Shown: positions 63,415 to 64,000 of the stretch, piece by piece
Layout: each line of letters begins with the position of its first letter
Position numbering within the stretch: the first letter of the stretch is position 1
NCBI GenBank assembly: GCA_051294905.1
Contig: CM119373.1
Location: 2,358,001 to 2,422,000 of the forward strand
From: Botryllus schlosseri
Taxonomy: Eukaryota
Reading direction: 5' to 3'
DNA: 64,000 bases
Position numbers and translations under genes: made by a program
Notes under the pieces: generated by a model
Seen by the model: the letters and a program-made list of their open reading frames with translations, nothing else
Database searches by the model: none
What the model was told of the DNA's origin: nothing

Positions 63415-64000
63415 CAGGGGTCGCCAACTCAAAAGGGGTCGCGGGCCACTTTTTAGACTTGCACGAGGTCGCGGGCCGCAATAATGTAGTAGCGAGACAA
63501 ACACGCCATACATCTTAGAAAGCATGTTTATGAAACATTACTGAGTCTACTACATCATCGTGCACTTCCTAACGTGGCCATAGGCATATAGTTACGACAA
63601 AAGAAACATTGTTTATTAACGAAATTTCAATACAACGAAAAAAACATCATGATCATCACTTCAAATATGATTAAATTATACGCTGCGCTTGAGACCTGAC
63701 AACGCTTTCCAGCGACTAAAGAATCGATGTCAGGGCTGATGGAGCGTTGGTTCGCAAGTCTCAAAATTGCTTTGAGATGCTCATCTGTTAGTCGCGAGCG
63801 TAAGGCTGATTTATTGATCTTCATGGTCGAGAAAAATTGCTCGCAGACATACGTACTGCCAAACATTGCGAGGATCTTCCGGAAGTGCGAAGAAAGCTTC
63901 GGAAACTAATGCTGCGGCAAGTACTTGAAGAATTCAGGCAAGGCTACTTCCGAATACTTTTCCTTCATTGCCGAGTCACATTGGAGATCCAACAATTCCA
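63415..64000 (-). mobile_element. Charlie/GTF2IRD2-like hAT element, 3' end with transposase C-terminus (runs off the window)
   Basis: TIR CAGGGGTCGCCAAC; ELLDLQCD...MFGSTYVCEQFFSTMKINKSALRSRLTDEHL with an in-frame stop. Confidence 0.85.

Overview
Eukaryotic (invertebrate animal) genomic DNA, AT-rich, with spliceosomal introns and a dense load of transposons. A marine invertebrate such as an ascidian is my guess only; the sequence does not show it. Two paralog arrays are interleaved. The first is single-coding-exon MFS transporters resembling SLC18B1/vesicular amine transporters: two intact 450-aa genes (5284-6636, 25960-27312), one full-length copy with three frameshifts (55803-57154), two partial pseudogenes, and possibly one ancient relic. 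The second is three intact two-exon classical SDR oxidoreductases on the minus strand (exon 1 of 572-575 bp, exon 2 of 190 bp, phase-2 intron), plus three SDR relics. Most remaining DNA is non-autonomous hAT elements with 8-bp TSDs, often nested and twice inserted into their own family. Also present are a Chapaev3-like remnant, an L2/Crack-like LINE tail, a tRNA-derived SINE family and a 600-bp foldback with a 5-bp TSD. A Penelope-like GIY-YIG fragment carries a candidate minimal, pseudoknotted hammerhead ribozyme in its 3' region, with a second copy at about 10.95 kb. A collapsed 28S rRNA-derived segment lies just upstream of one transporter. All family assignments come from motif recognition by eye, without database searches.
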